Shown: in pieces, positions 1 to 11,042 of the stretch | Position numbering within the stretch: the stretch's first letter is position 1 | Layout: each line of letters begins with the position of its first letter | Origin: Mytilus galloprovincialis | Lineage: Eukaryota | Assembly: GCF_965363235.1 (NCBI RefSeq) | Contig: NC_134842.1 | Coordinates: 33,976,757-34,040,756, forward strand | Length of the DNA stretch: 64,000 bases | Reading direction: 5' to 3' | Position numbers and translations under genes: made by a program | The notes under the pieces: model-generated | Told to the model about the DNA's origin: nothing | What the model saw: only the letters and a program-made list of their open reading frames with translations | The model's database searches: none

Positions 1-3000
1 AAATGTGATTGTCAAATTAAAGATGTTATGCAATTCCCGATGCCATAATTCACTCACCTGCTAAAACGAATGACAGAGAATTACTTTATTATTTGATAAA
101 TCAGGTGAACAGTGTGGCCAATTAACAGCAATTCTGTAGTGTGTATTAATGCTTTTTCACCAAAATACTTGTTATAAATTATAGTACAAGTTATAAGTAA
201 ATTTTCGGCAAATTTTGTACAAATTGTAACTAATTTTGTACAGGCACTTTTTGCACAAATTACAATTTGTACGATATCCAAATATAAATTAGAATTTGTA
301 CAATTTTTTTTATAATATCAGTATTCTATAATATCTATTTAAATAATGAAAAAAGAAATAGTAAAGATTTAAGATGAAATGAAGAGAAAAGAAACATAAA
401 ATGTTCAATGTGGAACGAGGAAAAACACTGAAACCACAGGCATCGACAATGAAAGGGAAGACAAAAGGACGAATAGCAAACCAAAGACTCACAAAAAAGG
501 AACCGAACAAAGACATCAAAATGAAAGCAAATGGCAATTCAAAGAAAGTATAATAATGCACATAATGCTTTATAGTCAAAATACTACGTTTACTATCGGA
601 GGGTCACAATTTCAACAGATATGTCACAGAACTGTTGAGACAAGATATCAAAATGTTTAGCCAAACAATCTATATCCTCATCTATGAAAGAACAAATGAC
701 TTATTGTTTTAGACAAAACCCATCTGGTTTCAAGGAACGCTTTGGTTTAACTTCTATCCAAGTACTTTTAACGTCCAACATGCGACTTCAATGATTTTAC
801 AGAAGTACATGATGTTGTTACATGTATCACCTGACATGACAAACTGGAACAATCTATTGAAATGAATCACAGAAGTCACGTGTTTTATGTCGGGTGATCT
901 TGTAAACAAACTCGAAAATTGTCACATACATTGGCCACACTTTATACTGGTGAACTTCTCATGATAATTGAATTTGAATATTTTCAAAATTTCAAAATAT
1001 CGTTCAATCAATGTCTATAAAGCAGGGACACGTCGCTTTCAGTGATAACTTGTAATGAGAATCTCAATTATATCTTTATACCAGCAGCATGGTTCCGGTC
1101 AAATTGGTGTTAACCCGATAGAGAGTAACATGTTTTGGCTTGACAGATACCTGTGAATACTGATAATCAGTTGGCGGTACAAGTACAGAGGTCAGTACAA
1201 AAAAAAAGATTAATTTCGTATTTGGATCCTTTGTGTTATCCTGTTCGATCTAATATCGTAAAACGTCTATACAATTTTACACTCTTTCAGTGTTTAATCG
1301 AAACAAAGGAATGTCCAAACGAAACCTGGAATATTCTAAACCTAATGAAGAGTGGTGGCAATTTTCCTAAGCATAAAGATTTCTTTTCTTGTGGTGCTCC
1401 AAATGTATGATTTGCCTGTACAGCAAAATGTTGGTTTCGGGAGGCACTGTTATGGAAACTGGTGCGGCGGATAAGTATGTCAGGATGTTTATTCTAAATG
1501 AAGTATTACAGACACACTACAAAAACAGAAGGTACATTAGCTGTAATTTATGCGCGTGACATGGATATAGTCTACGATATTGTGGCCAACGCCGAAAACA
1601 ACGAAAGGCACGATAGATTCTTGGAAAATTCTGTAAAATGGACCTTGAAAGCACAACATGCTTTGGTTCCACATTTCTATCACAAACTTAATTGCACACG
1701 ATCCTGGATCACCTTCTATGGCGTTGTTTTGTACAAAAAAAGCTGCTACCATGTTGACATGTGTTACACAATTTAGCACTATGTTGATGACGCTTCTCAA
1801 CAGGAAATTATGTAAAAAAATAACTTTATATTTATTTATGAAATGCACATATATACCCCTGGGGGTTGAAGGCATAATATACAATACAGTACAATATACA
1901 CAATGGAAAAATTAACATATTAAACATCATATATAAAGTGGTAAATCATACGGACTTATATACAAAAATGTATGTGTCTGCGGTATTGGGGAAAGAAGTT
2001 AACTTGTTAATCGTTTGCACGGACAATCAAAGACTGACATCAATGCTTATTATATCCAAACAGAAATTCCAATTTGTAGAACAATGAAAGACGAGGTTGA
2101 TGAGATACGAAGGCGTAAGAGAAAGCTTTTTGCAGAAGGATTTAGAAAGAACACTAACCAAAAAATATCTTATATTTTGACAAAGATTTCTTGTACTTTA
2201 TATTGTGTTTGAATTAATATGCACATAAATGGAACGCCCTGCTGGGCATATGAACTATACATGCACTAGGTTTATTCAAATGTTTAGTTCGTCTTCCTGA
2301 ACAGTCGGATCATTTTTATGATTAGGTATAAGAAGATGTAGTATGAGTGCCAATGAGAAAACTCTCCATCCAAGTCATAATTTGTATTTTTTAAAAGAAA
2401 AACCATCATACGTACGGTCTTCAACACGGAGCCTTGTCTCACACCGAACAGTAAGCTAAATGGCCTCTAAAATTACTAGTGTAAAACCATTCAAACGCGG
2501 AAACCAACGGTCTAATCTATATAACGAGAAACGAGAAACATTTTATGAACCACATTAACAAACGTTGGTATTTCAAGAGAAAAAAAAATGCATCAAAATT
2601 CTACATGCTTTAGTCGTTTTGTGAGTTGAATAATCGCAAATGTAGTTAAATAGGCGTTAATAATATACGAATCAAATAATGATGATTTAACAGATCTAGA
2701 TAATTCTATCATGTTTGAATCGCCAACATGATTTTTTTTAACTGCTAGTTACAAAACCGAAAACATGAGATGGAAATCTGTCAACTAAAGTTAGAAATTT
2801 GGTAATGGGATATCGTTCTGAGTTGTGCACACATTATGACAAAATGGAATTAATCTTCCGCCTCTATATTGCATAATGGAAAATCTTTTTTATTTTGGTT
2901 GATATTTGGCGATTGAACTTCACAGCTACTATTTTACGGTATATATATATGATGAAACCCCTATAATTTGGTTATTGTTCTATTATTAGTATTTCACCCT

Positions 3001-5265
3001 CCCATTAGACAGTTTTATACTTGACAAAAGTAAATAAATCTGAAAATGTTCCCTCACATATCGCTGATATAAGAGGGGAGGCAATAGGGGGTCCGTTAAA
3101 CAGTTAACAACAAATGTAAAAATGCCCCCCCCCCCCTTCTTATGAGCAGGGTGAAATAGGCGACCAAAATTAATGTATTTTCTGTTAGTTTTTAACTTAA
3201 ATCCGTATTTATAATATTGATATAATTCTTATCAGAGAGTTTTCCAAAATATATTGTGATTTTCGTACTAGAACCTTCATTGTCGTTTTTTAAATAAAGT
3301 TTTTGATTTTCTTAAACATGAGAAAAATTCAATTTGGATAGTACAATTTTGAGGCGAATAGCCCCCACTTAATTTATAATTGAAGCACATCATTTGAAAC
3401 AAGTTAAGCTTGAAACACATAGTTTAGGCTGTGAAGACGGCACCGCAGGAAATAAATAGTAAATTCCACTTGTATCTCACAGTGACACTGAGAAGTTCGT
3501 CCCAGGCGAGACAAAAAGCACTGTAAAACTCACATTTGAAATAATAATGTATGTAAAACATTGTGACGCATATATATACTTGTATCCGGTTGTGAAATCC
3601 CCAGTTTCTATTTTTAGCCTTTACTCTATTTCTTTCGATTGCACCACTCTAACAGTCAGCAAATCTCAATAAACATTTAATTAATTCGAGATTTGATAAG
3701 ACTGTATTCTTCGTGCAGCTCATTGAAAAGGTAAGGTTTAGTAACTATAATATATCCTATGGCTTTTTGCTAGTTTCTCATCTTATTGATTAAATATACA
3801 CAAGTATACATTATTAGATAAATAACCTATCGATACTAGATAAAATATTCATTGAAGATTAGCACACTAGTTGATTGAAAAGTTACAGATATATATATAT
3901 ATATATAGTATGTAATTGAAATGTACATGTTCGCTGTAATTTTTTCTTCAATAAACCTCTTATAGCGTACATGTATTTCGATATTGTTATGGGCGTAATT
4001 GTTTGTTATATATAATGTAAAGGCCCAGGGTGGTTTGCAATGAATGGATTTGCTAAAAATGTGCAGAGTAAATGCTGATTGAAAAAAAATGTGCAGAAAA
4101 TGTAAAGGAATGAAACATTAGAACATTACTTAAATTCTTTGATCATGCCTGAACATGACCACGGGTACACATGTCTGTCTAATTAAGGTAAAAACAACAT
4201 ACACGTATGCTATTCAGTTAATATCGTAATCTTATTTACTATACATCTACTATTTATTTTCCATTTATGTTAAACAGGTGCGTGCACTGTATCTTTAAGT
4301 TTTAAATCGATGCAGAACCAACACAACTTCCTCGTTTAAACAGTGTGAAAAATGTGAAATCTGAAAGTACTTTAAATGTAAGCTATTAAACACTTGAGTG
4401 GTTATGAACACGTATATTAATACATTTATATTGATCTAATTGTTTGGCTTGTATCCAACCAACACACCTAGGGTAAAGCCAATACCGTCAGCATTTTTTT
4501 TTTTATCCAGGTAAGAATATTAAATTTGTCGGTCATTCCTATATTTAGATCTTGTTTTTAAGTTTCAAGCAGTAAATTGAATAAATAAGGTAAGTAAAAT
4601 ATTATAACCATGATAAATGAAGATGTAGGTAAAGATTTATTCAGGTACAATATTATACAAATTTAAATACGTACGTAAGACAAGTATAAACCGTATTATT
4701 GTAGATTTACGACGTGTCTTTGTATTTACTTAATTTTTGCTGAATGTAATATTCAACCAACTTGTTATGATACACACTATCGATGAGACGACATTTTGTG
4801 TTGTGCAATAACTTTTCATTTTATTGAAAATCTCACATTTTGATAAATGCACTTTTAAACACGCCACTCGTATTAAGTCATCCTTACTAAATGGGTTCTA
4901 AAGACACGTTTTCCTTTCTTCAATTGAATATTTTATTTCCTCATATGCGACAACCAATCAATGCACATACATGAAACAGTGAGAATTCCTAACAAACCTT
5001 CAATTTCACAAATCCAATAACTATTTTAAATCACTTCCTCCAAATGTGATTTTGCACAAACATGCATGAACTATCTGTCACTGGACGATAAGTAAACATC
5101 AATCAAGCAATCTTAACGGGATTTGGATTTACTTTGCTGATAATCTTAATTGTGGATTTGAGGGAAAATATCACTAATTGCAATTGAGGCTTAACAGGTT
5201 AAGAAATTTTCTTAATACCGGATTGTTGTATACGAGATTGGTCCATTGGTAGGTGGATGGTTTCA

Positions 5266-5276
5266 GGGGGGGGGGG
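5266..5276. repeat. G11 homopolymer 250 bp upstream of the MVP ATG. The paired C-rich tract ccccctcccccccc is at 5370-5383. A third C12 tract is at 3125-3136.
   Basis: Seen directly. The G-rich context ggtaggtggatggtttcaggggggggggg has four or more GG runs, so G-quadruplex potential. Confidence 0.8.
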
Positions 5277-5490
5277 TCTATCTAGTAACTTATTTTGTGC
5301 TTGGAAAACTGTCTTTTCCAAAGTTGCCATACCTTACTATACATCGTACGGTTTGGCGTTTCTACCAATCCCCCTCCCCCCCCAAAAAAAACATAATAAA
5401 AATTAAAAATAAACTTTATGAAATTATTAATTACTGCTCAGAAGTTAACAAGACTTCGAGAATTTTAAATCAACAATTTAAAATGAACTT

Positions 5491-5525
5491 TTATTATTTC
5501 AGAGCTAAACAGACCCTCATCCACC
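5491..5525 (+). promoter_or_regulatory. MVP: Candidate 3' splice site for a spliced 5'UTR (ttattatttcag|agc at 5491-5502), followed by a short 5'UTR and the Kozak ATG
   Basis: Polypyrimidine tract plus CAG 24 nt upstream of the start codon. This implies an upstream non-coding first exon. One candidate donor is aaaag|gtaaggttt at ~3731. Unverified. Confidence 0.3.
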
Positions 5526-5662
5526 ATGTCGACATCAAGACGGGGAGACGAATCAATATACAGAATCCCTCCTTATTTTTACCTCCATGTTCTAGACCAG
5601 AACCTCAATGTAACAAGACTTGAAATTGGTCCACAGACATTTGTCAGACAAGACAATGAAAA
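5526..5662 (+). CDS. MVP: MVP exon 1 (coding part): [45 protein letters not shown] + K split (phase 2 end)
   Basis: ATG at 5526 in a strong Kozak context (ccaccATGt). It is the first ATG after an in-frame TGA at 5484. Matches human MVP residues [36 protein letters not shown]. Donor gtaagt at 5663. Confidence 0.8.
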
Positions 5663-6049
5663 GTAAGTATAACTATACCCTATTTATTCCCGTTAGTAGA
5701 ATGTCTGCCTAGATAAATTTTCTGGTGCATATCCTCCTCACACTATTCCATCAGAATAAATATCTCAAAAAGAAAATAAAAAAGTTTTATGGATTTTTTT
5801 TACACCAAAAGTCAGAGTACACTTGAAGTGAAAATTACCCAATGTTGTATGAAACTATTTATTTTTAGAGTATCATAGAATTAACAACTAAAGATACTAG
5901 TAACACGTTTTGGAATGGCAAGATTTTCTTGCATTTCATTTGTCAGATAGGCCAGACCATGTTCAACCAGATATTAATCTGACAGGATATATTCTTAAAA
6001 GTCAATACCGTAATAAGCGGATACAAATATTGCGCATTGATATTTACAG

Positions 6050-6245
6050 AGTGGTATATGGACCAGAGCGTATGATCACAGTGCCCCCAAGGCATTATTG
6101 TATCGTAGAAAACCCTGTACTAAAGGACAAAGAATGTAAAGTTGTCTTTGACGAAAGTGGACAGGCCAAACTTGTACATGCTGACCAGGAGATTAGATTG
6201 GCACAGGATCCTTTCCCACTGTACCCCGGGGAAATACTGAAACAG
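6050..6245 (+). CDS. MVP: MVP exon 2: (K)[65 protein letters not shown]
   Basis: Acceptor tatttacag|a at 6049/6050 completes the split AAA codon. Matches human [23 protein letters not shown]...[23 protein letters not shown]. Donor gtatga at 6246. Confidence 0.88.
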
Positions 6246-6555
6246 GTATGATATTTGTGGCTATAGGTTCAAGTTTTGATATAACAATTAACAGAACAAA
6301 GGAGTTACAATAATTAAAGTCGAAAATATATGAGTTGTTTTGATTTCAGCTTTTGGGCACGATTTCCCAGTAAACAGTTATTTTGAGCATTTAGCCAGTA
6401 AATCCAGTAATATATAAGTAATCAGGGATAATAATTTAATTTTTCCAATAATACATGATGCAGTTAAGGGAAAAATGTTATATTGATCACTTATTGACTT
6501 TCAATGATATAACATCCACGGATGACTTATTCGTTGTAACCCATAAAAGGCAGTG

Positions 6556-7140
6556 ACCGATTTGCTTTTTCTCCTTTTAAGTGTTGGTTACTGGTCTTAA
6601 CCATCCCTTTTGTCAGTGGTAGCAGATAATTTAATTCCCTCCCTTGTTATTTGAAGGTTGTAGCTCCCTTAAAAGCAGTTGATTTGATTTTTTCCATTTA
6701 ATTGATGTTTATTGGTTTCAACAGTCCCCTGACAGTGGTAGCTACATATTTGATTTCCTCCCTCTTTGCTTGAAGGTTGAAGCTGTTCTATAAGCAACTG
6801 ATTTGATTTGACCCTCCAAGTGTTGTTAATTGGTTGTAACCCTCCCTTAACTGTAGTAGCACCTGATTTAGTTATCTCCTTATTTGTTTGTTGTAGCCCT
6901 GCCCTGACTGTAGTTGCCACTGGTTTCGGCATCTTCTTTTTTGTTTATTGGTTGTTAAAAGTTTTAGGAGCTAATTTAATTTCCTTCCTTGTTGATGATA
7001 AGTATACCACCGTTAAAAATGGTAGCATTTTATTTGATTTTTACCATTGTGAATTAAAGGTGGAAACCCTTGATATTAGTAGCAGCCGATTTGAATTTCT
7101 CATTTGTTCATATGTTCTTAGGTTGTAACCTCCCTGAAAG
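6556..7140. repeat. Intronic minisatellite (about 60-bp half-units / 120-bp dimers, ~9-10 units). The last unit supplies the 3' splice site and first ~8 codons of MVP exon 3
   Basis: Recurrent motif ggttgtaaccctccct.aa..gtggtagca....tttgatttcctcccttgtt..ttgaaggttgtagc. The terminal copy ttaggttgtaacctccctgaaagtggtagcagccaa is the exon-3 acceptor plus [10 protein letters not shown]. Confidence 0.7.
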
Positions 7141-7472
7141 TGGTAGCAGCCAACTCAGCTCTTCGGCTCAGAGCTATTCTAGACTTTGAAGATGACGATG
7201 AGGAAAAGAGAACAGCTGGGGATGAGTGGCTATTTGAAGGACCAGGAACATATATCCCAAGGAAAGAGGTTGTTATTGAGGAGACTGTCAGAGCCACAGT
7301 CATTAGACCTAACCAGGCCATTAGACTGAGGGCTAGGAAGGAGACTATTGATAGACAAGGTGTTGCTAGGGTAACTGGTGAGGAATGGCTGGTGAAGAAG
7401 ACCGGAGCTTATCTCCCAGGAGCCTATGAAGAAGTTGTAGATGTTGTCAACGCCTATGTTCTAACAGATAAG
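7122..7472 (+). CDS. MVP: MVP exon 3: [117 protein letters not shown]
   Basis: In-frame TAG at 7119-7121 is the AG of acceptor ttcttag|gtt. Matches human [26 protein letters not shown]...[19 protein letters not shown]...RVTGEEWLV...VILTEK. Donor gtaaat at 7473. Confidence 0.88.
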
Positions 7473-7812
7473 GTAAATATAGTTCCAATCAGTGGAATGA
7501 CAATAAAAAGAAGATAAATTGATCTTTGATCTATTGGTGCATATTTCATATTTCTTTTGTTGATGTGATCGTTTGAATTTTCGTATTTAAAAAATATTTT
7601 GCATGTGTATTTAAATTTGCGGAGGAATAAATAGATGATAAACTAGTACACCATAAAAACGTTATATAAAATAGAGAAAGAAACTGTAGCATAATAGGAA
7701 CAAACAATTAAATATTTCTTAGAGTTATCTGGTCATATTAATCACCTTTCAAATACTAGTAATGTACAACGTAATTAGACAAGACATTATCATCTAATTT
7801 GTTATCGTGCAG

Positions 7813-7938
7813 AAAGCCCTCCATATGATATCATTGAGAACATTTAAAGACGACTTTGGTGTAACAAGAAAGAATGGAGAGGAATGGTTGATCAAAATGA
7901 CAGACACAGAAACACACATACCTAATGTGTATGAAGAG
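7813..7938 (+). CDS. MVP: MVP exon 4: KALHMISLRTFKDDFGVTRKNGEEWLIKMTDTETHIPNVYEE
   Basis: Acceptor tcgtgcag|aaa. Matches human [42 protein letters not shown]. Donor gtatgt at 7939. Confidence 0.88.
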
Positions 7939-8250
7939 GTATGTACTGATGTAACAGGGAATGAAATATGGAATAAACACTTATTGTTTTCCCTTTATGA
8001 ATAAAAGAAAAACGTTTCTGGGGAACACATCTTCACTTTGATTTCTTAAAATCCTTTCCTTACTTCCTTTCTATTTCACTTTTATTCAACAAAATATGAT
8101 TCTGACTCAGTGCAGTTCATACTCATGCACTCTTCCGAGTTTCATTTTACAAGTTATGAAAATATTCAATTTGAGTACAGCTCAGATTCGCTTAATTTCT
8201 GGTCAGAAGAAGTACCGATTGAGTCAAATAGAGTTCTGATCAGATTATAT

Positions 8251-8320
8251 GGAAATTCAATTGAATTGAGCAGAAGAGCTGAGTTGGCTGCTACCACTTG
8301 AATGCTCAATTCAATTCATT
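8251..8320. repeat. Small hairpin whose loop carries a perfect 27-nt inverted copy of the exon-3 5' end (8274-8300 = reverse complement of 7138-7164). It is flanked by a 14-bp stem (attcaattgaattgagca / tgctcaattcaatt).
   Basis: Seen directly. It explains the shared peptide [10 protein letters not shown] in track ORFs 7118-7321(-) and 8110-8301(+). Confidence 0.8.
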
Positions 8321-8513
8321 TTACTGGACAAGAAAAAAAAATCAAGCAAGTCTTTTCTACATTTGGTTTTCCGTTGAATACCTCAAATAAGTGATGCCCA
8401 AAACAGGTCAATCCACAGTCTTCATACTAAGCAATAGACCAATACTTAAGTAATTGCCATTGTTTTTATACGACCGCAAAATTTGAAAAATTTTTCGTCG
8501 TATATTGCTATCA

Positions 8514-8542
8514 CGTCGTCGTCGTCGTCGTCGTCGTCGTCC
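8514..8542. repeat. (CGT)9 microsatellite at the 5' end of element copy A. Shorter (CGT)n at 11083-11098 and 22875-22905 in copies B and C.
   Basis: Seen directly. It generates the poly-Arg run in the spurious ORF 8408-8623(-). Confidence 0.9.
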
Positions 8543-8555
8543 GAATACTTTTAGT

Positions 8556-9165
8556 TTTCGCACTCTAACTTGAGTAAAAGTGAATAGAAATCTATGAAAT
8601 TTTAACACAAGGTTTATGACCACAAAAGGAAGGTTGGGATTGATTTTGGGAGTTTTGGTCCCAACATTTTAGGAATTAGGGGCCAAAAAGGGCCCAAATA
8701 AGCATTTTCTTGGTTTTCGCACTATAACTTTAGTTTAAGTTAATAGAAATCTATGAAATTTTGACACAAGGTTTATGACCACAAAAGAAAGGTTGGTATT
8801 GATTTTGGGAGTTTTGGTTCCAACAGTTTAGGAATTAGGGGCCAAAAAAGGGCCCAAATAAGCATTATTCTTGGTTTTCGCACAATAACTTTAGTTTAAG
8901 TAAATAGAAATCAATGAAATTTAAACACAATGTTTATGACCACAAAAGGAAGGTTGGTATTGATTTTGGGAGTTTAGGTCCCAACAGTTTAGGAATTAGG
9001 GGCCAAAAAGGGACCCAAATAAGCATTTTTCTTGGTTTTCGCACCATAACTTTAGTATAAGTAAATAGAAATCTATGAAATTTAAACACAAGGTTTATGA
9101 CCATAAAAGGAAGGTTGGTATTGATTTTGGGAGTTTTGGTCCCAACAGTTTAGGAATAAAGGGCC
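8556..9165. repeat. Satellite, ~160-163-bp unit x ~3.7 (ttttcgcac.ataactt.agt.taagt.aatagaaatctatgaaatttaaacacaaggtttatgaccacaaaaggaaggttgg.attgattttgggagttttggtcccaacagtttaggaattaggggccaaaaagggcccaaataagcatt...)
   Basis: Unit starts at 8556, 8719, 8879 and 9042. The same satellite is at 11125-11400 (copy B) and 22935-23215 (copy C), and an inverted fragment at 22665-22715. Confidence 0.85.
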
Positions 9166-9712
9166 CAAAGGGTCCAAAATTAAACTTTGTTTGATTTCAT
9201 CAAAAATTGAATAATTGGGGTTCTTTGATATGCCGAATCTAACTGTGTATGTAGATTCTTAATTTTTGGTCCCGTTTTCAAATTGGTCTACATTAAGGTC
9301 CAAAGGGTCCAAAATTAAACTTAGTTTGATTTTAACAAAAATTGAATCCTTGGGGTTCTTTGATATGCTGAATCTAAAAATGTACTTAATTTTTTTATTA
9401 TTGGCCCAGTTTTCAAGTTGGTCCAAATCGGGGTCCAAAATTAAACTTTGTTTGATTTCATCAAAAATTGAATAATTGGGGTTCTTTGATATGCCAAATC
9501 TAACTGTGTATGTAGATTCTTAATTTTTGGTCCCGTTTTAAAATTGGTCTACATTAAAGTCCAAAGGGTCCAAAATTAAACTAAGTATGATTTTAACAAA
9601 AATTGAATTCTTGGGCCTCTTTGATATGCTGAATCTAAACATGTACTAAGATTTTTGATTATGGGCCCAGTTTTCAAGTTGGTCCAAATCAGGATCCAAA
9701 ATTATTATATTA
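9164..9712. repeat. Satellite, ~133-bp unit x ~4 (ggtccaaaattaaactttgtttgatttcatcaaaaattgaataattggggttctttgatatgc.gaatctaa...ttggtc.acatt.aggtccaaagg)
   Basis: Periodicity 9164/9298/9432/9566. Also present at 11405-11690 and 11880-12120 in copy B, and 23200-23960 in copy C. Confidence 0.85.
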
Positions 9713-9713
9713 A

Positions 9714-9930
9714 GTATTGTGCAATAGCAAGAAATTTTCAATTGCACAGTATTCAGCAATAGCAAGAAATCTTCAATTGCACAGTATTGTGCAATAGCAA
9801 GAAATCTTCAATTGCACAGTATTGTGCAATAGCAAATATTTTCAATTGCACAGTATTGCACAATAGCAAGAAATATCTAATTGCACAATATTGTGCAATA
9901 GCAAGAAATTCCAATTGGATTTCAATTGGA
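9714..9930. repeat. 35-bp tandem repeat x ~6 in which every unit is itself a hairpin (tattgTGTGCAATagcaagaaat.ttcaATTGCACAg)
   Basis: Seen directly. 8-bp complementary arms tgtgcaat/attgcaca within each unit. The same array is at 11693-11880 in copy B. Confidence 0.85.
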
Positions 9931-10597
9931 GTTATCTTTCTTTGTCCAGAATAGTAGTTGAATCAACTTAAATCATTGTTTTATACAATATACAATGTAT
10001 ATTCACTTTTACTACCAACTGATAGATTAAAACAATCTTTACCATTCAGTGATAGCAAGCACTTTTTTTACATTTTAATATTTTATGATGTATTTAAATG
10101 AGTAGTTATTGTTGCAAACTTCATTAGAAATTTGAATTGAGATCAGTTTTGAAATAAGGGAAAGGGGGATGTGAAAAAAAAATTGGGGGGTCAATTTTTT
10201 TCATTTCAGATTTCATAAATAAAAAGAAAATTTCTTCAAACATTTTTTTGAGAGGATTAATATTCAACAGCATAGTGAATTGCTCAAAGGCAAAAAAAAA
10301 TTTTTTAAGTTCATTAGACCACATTCATTCTGTGTCAGAAACCTATGCTGTGTCAACTATTTAATCACAGTCCAAATTTAGATCTGAATCCAGCTTGAAT
10401 GTTGTGTCCATACTTGCCCCAACCGTTCAGGGTTCAACCTCTGCGGTCGTATAAAGCTGCGCCCTGCGGAGCATCTGGTTGAAACTTAACGCCTACTGAA
10501 AAGAAATGTTAATGGTGCGATGGTTGAAAAACAGTTTCCAAGTTTTCTAATTGACCACAAAGACATTTTTTGTAATATACTTACGGTTTGATTTCAG

Positions 10598-10708
10598 GTT
10601 GTTGGAGTCGTCAACATCACCACACTTACCACAAGACAATATTGTATCATTCTTGACCCTTCCGATGAACATGGCAGACTACAACTGGGTAGAAAGAAAT
10701 TAGTTAAG
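10598..10708 (+). CDS. MVP: MVP exon 5: [37 protein letters not shown]
   Basis: Acceptor gatttcag|gtt; donor aag|gtaaat. Matches human [37 protein letters not shown]. Not in the ORF track because it lacks an ATG and is short. Confidence 0.85.
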
Positions 10709-11042
10709 GTAAATACAATGTTAGATGAATTAGCATAGATAATATTCTGTATAACTAAGTTTCATCAATGTATGCTATTGCATAGTATATAACACGTTAA
10801 TATTAATAAATTGGCATGCAACATGTTTATGTCAATAAAGTATTTTGAACCGTGACGAAAACGCCCTGTTATTATGTCATATGTACGGTGTATTTCTTAT
10901 TGCACCATCTCTAAAAGAATACTTAGTAATTGGCCGTTTGAACTTTCAAAATCTAAAGAATCATGGGTAATTTCATTGTTCGTACCCCAAAATGAAAATA
11001 ACGTCACGTCATTGGTTGATTTCCATTGTTTATAATATTTTT

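Larger units (their letters stand above)
8467..10480 (+). mobile_element. Non-autonomous Helitron/Helentron-like element copy A (in MVP intron 4), carrying internal satellite arrays
   Basis: 5' end TATACGACCGCA... followed by a (CGT)n tract. 3' subterminal inverse TGCGGTCGTATA followed by a conserved tail aagctgcgccctgcggagcatctggtt. Same termini in copies B and C. Internal 163-bp, ~133-bp and 35-bp tandem repeats. Confidence 0.6.

Noticed and set aside
1-5200. Short ORFs upstream of MVP (e.g. 1153-1410, 1498-1776, 2015-2212)
   Set aside because: They have no homology, no flanking splice signals consistent with exons, and a composition typical of AT-rich non-coding DNA. One of them could be a UTR exon of a neighbouring gene, but nothing supports a call.
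5246-5623. 125-aa ORF overlapping the MVP start region
   Set aside because: It is in a different frame from the MVP exon-1 reading frame, which matches vault proteins residue by residue, and it spans the G11/C-tract promoter region. It is an artefact of six-frame translation.
9714-9930. Regular ~35-bp palindromic direct repeats that superficially resemble a CRISPR array
   Set aside because: The units are directly adjacent with no intervening unique spacers. They lie in an intron of a spliced eukaryotic gene inside a satellite-bearing transposon, and recur in another copy of that element. They are hairpin-forming tandem repeats, not CRISPR.
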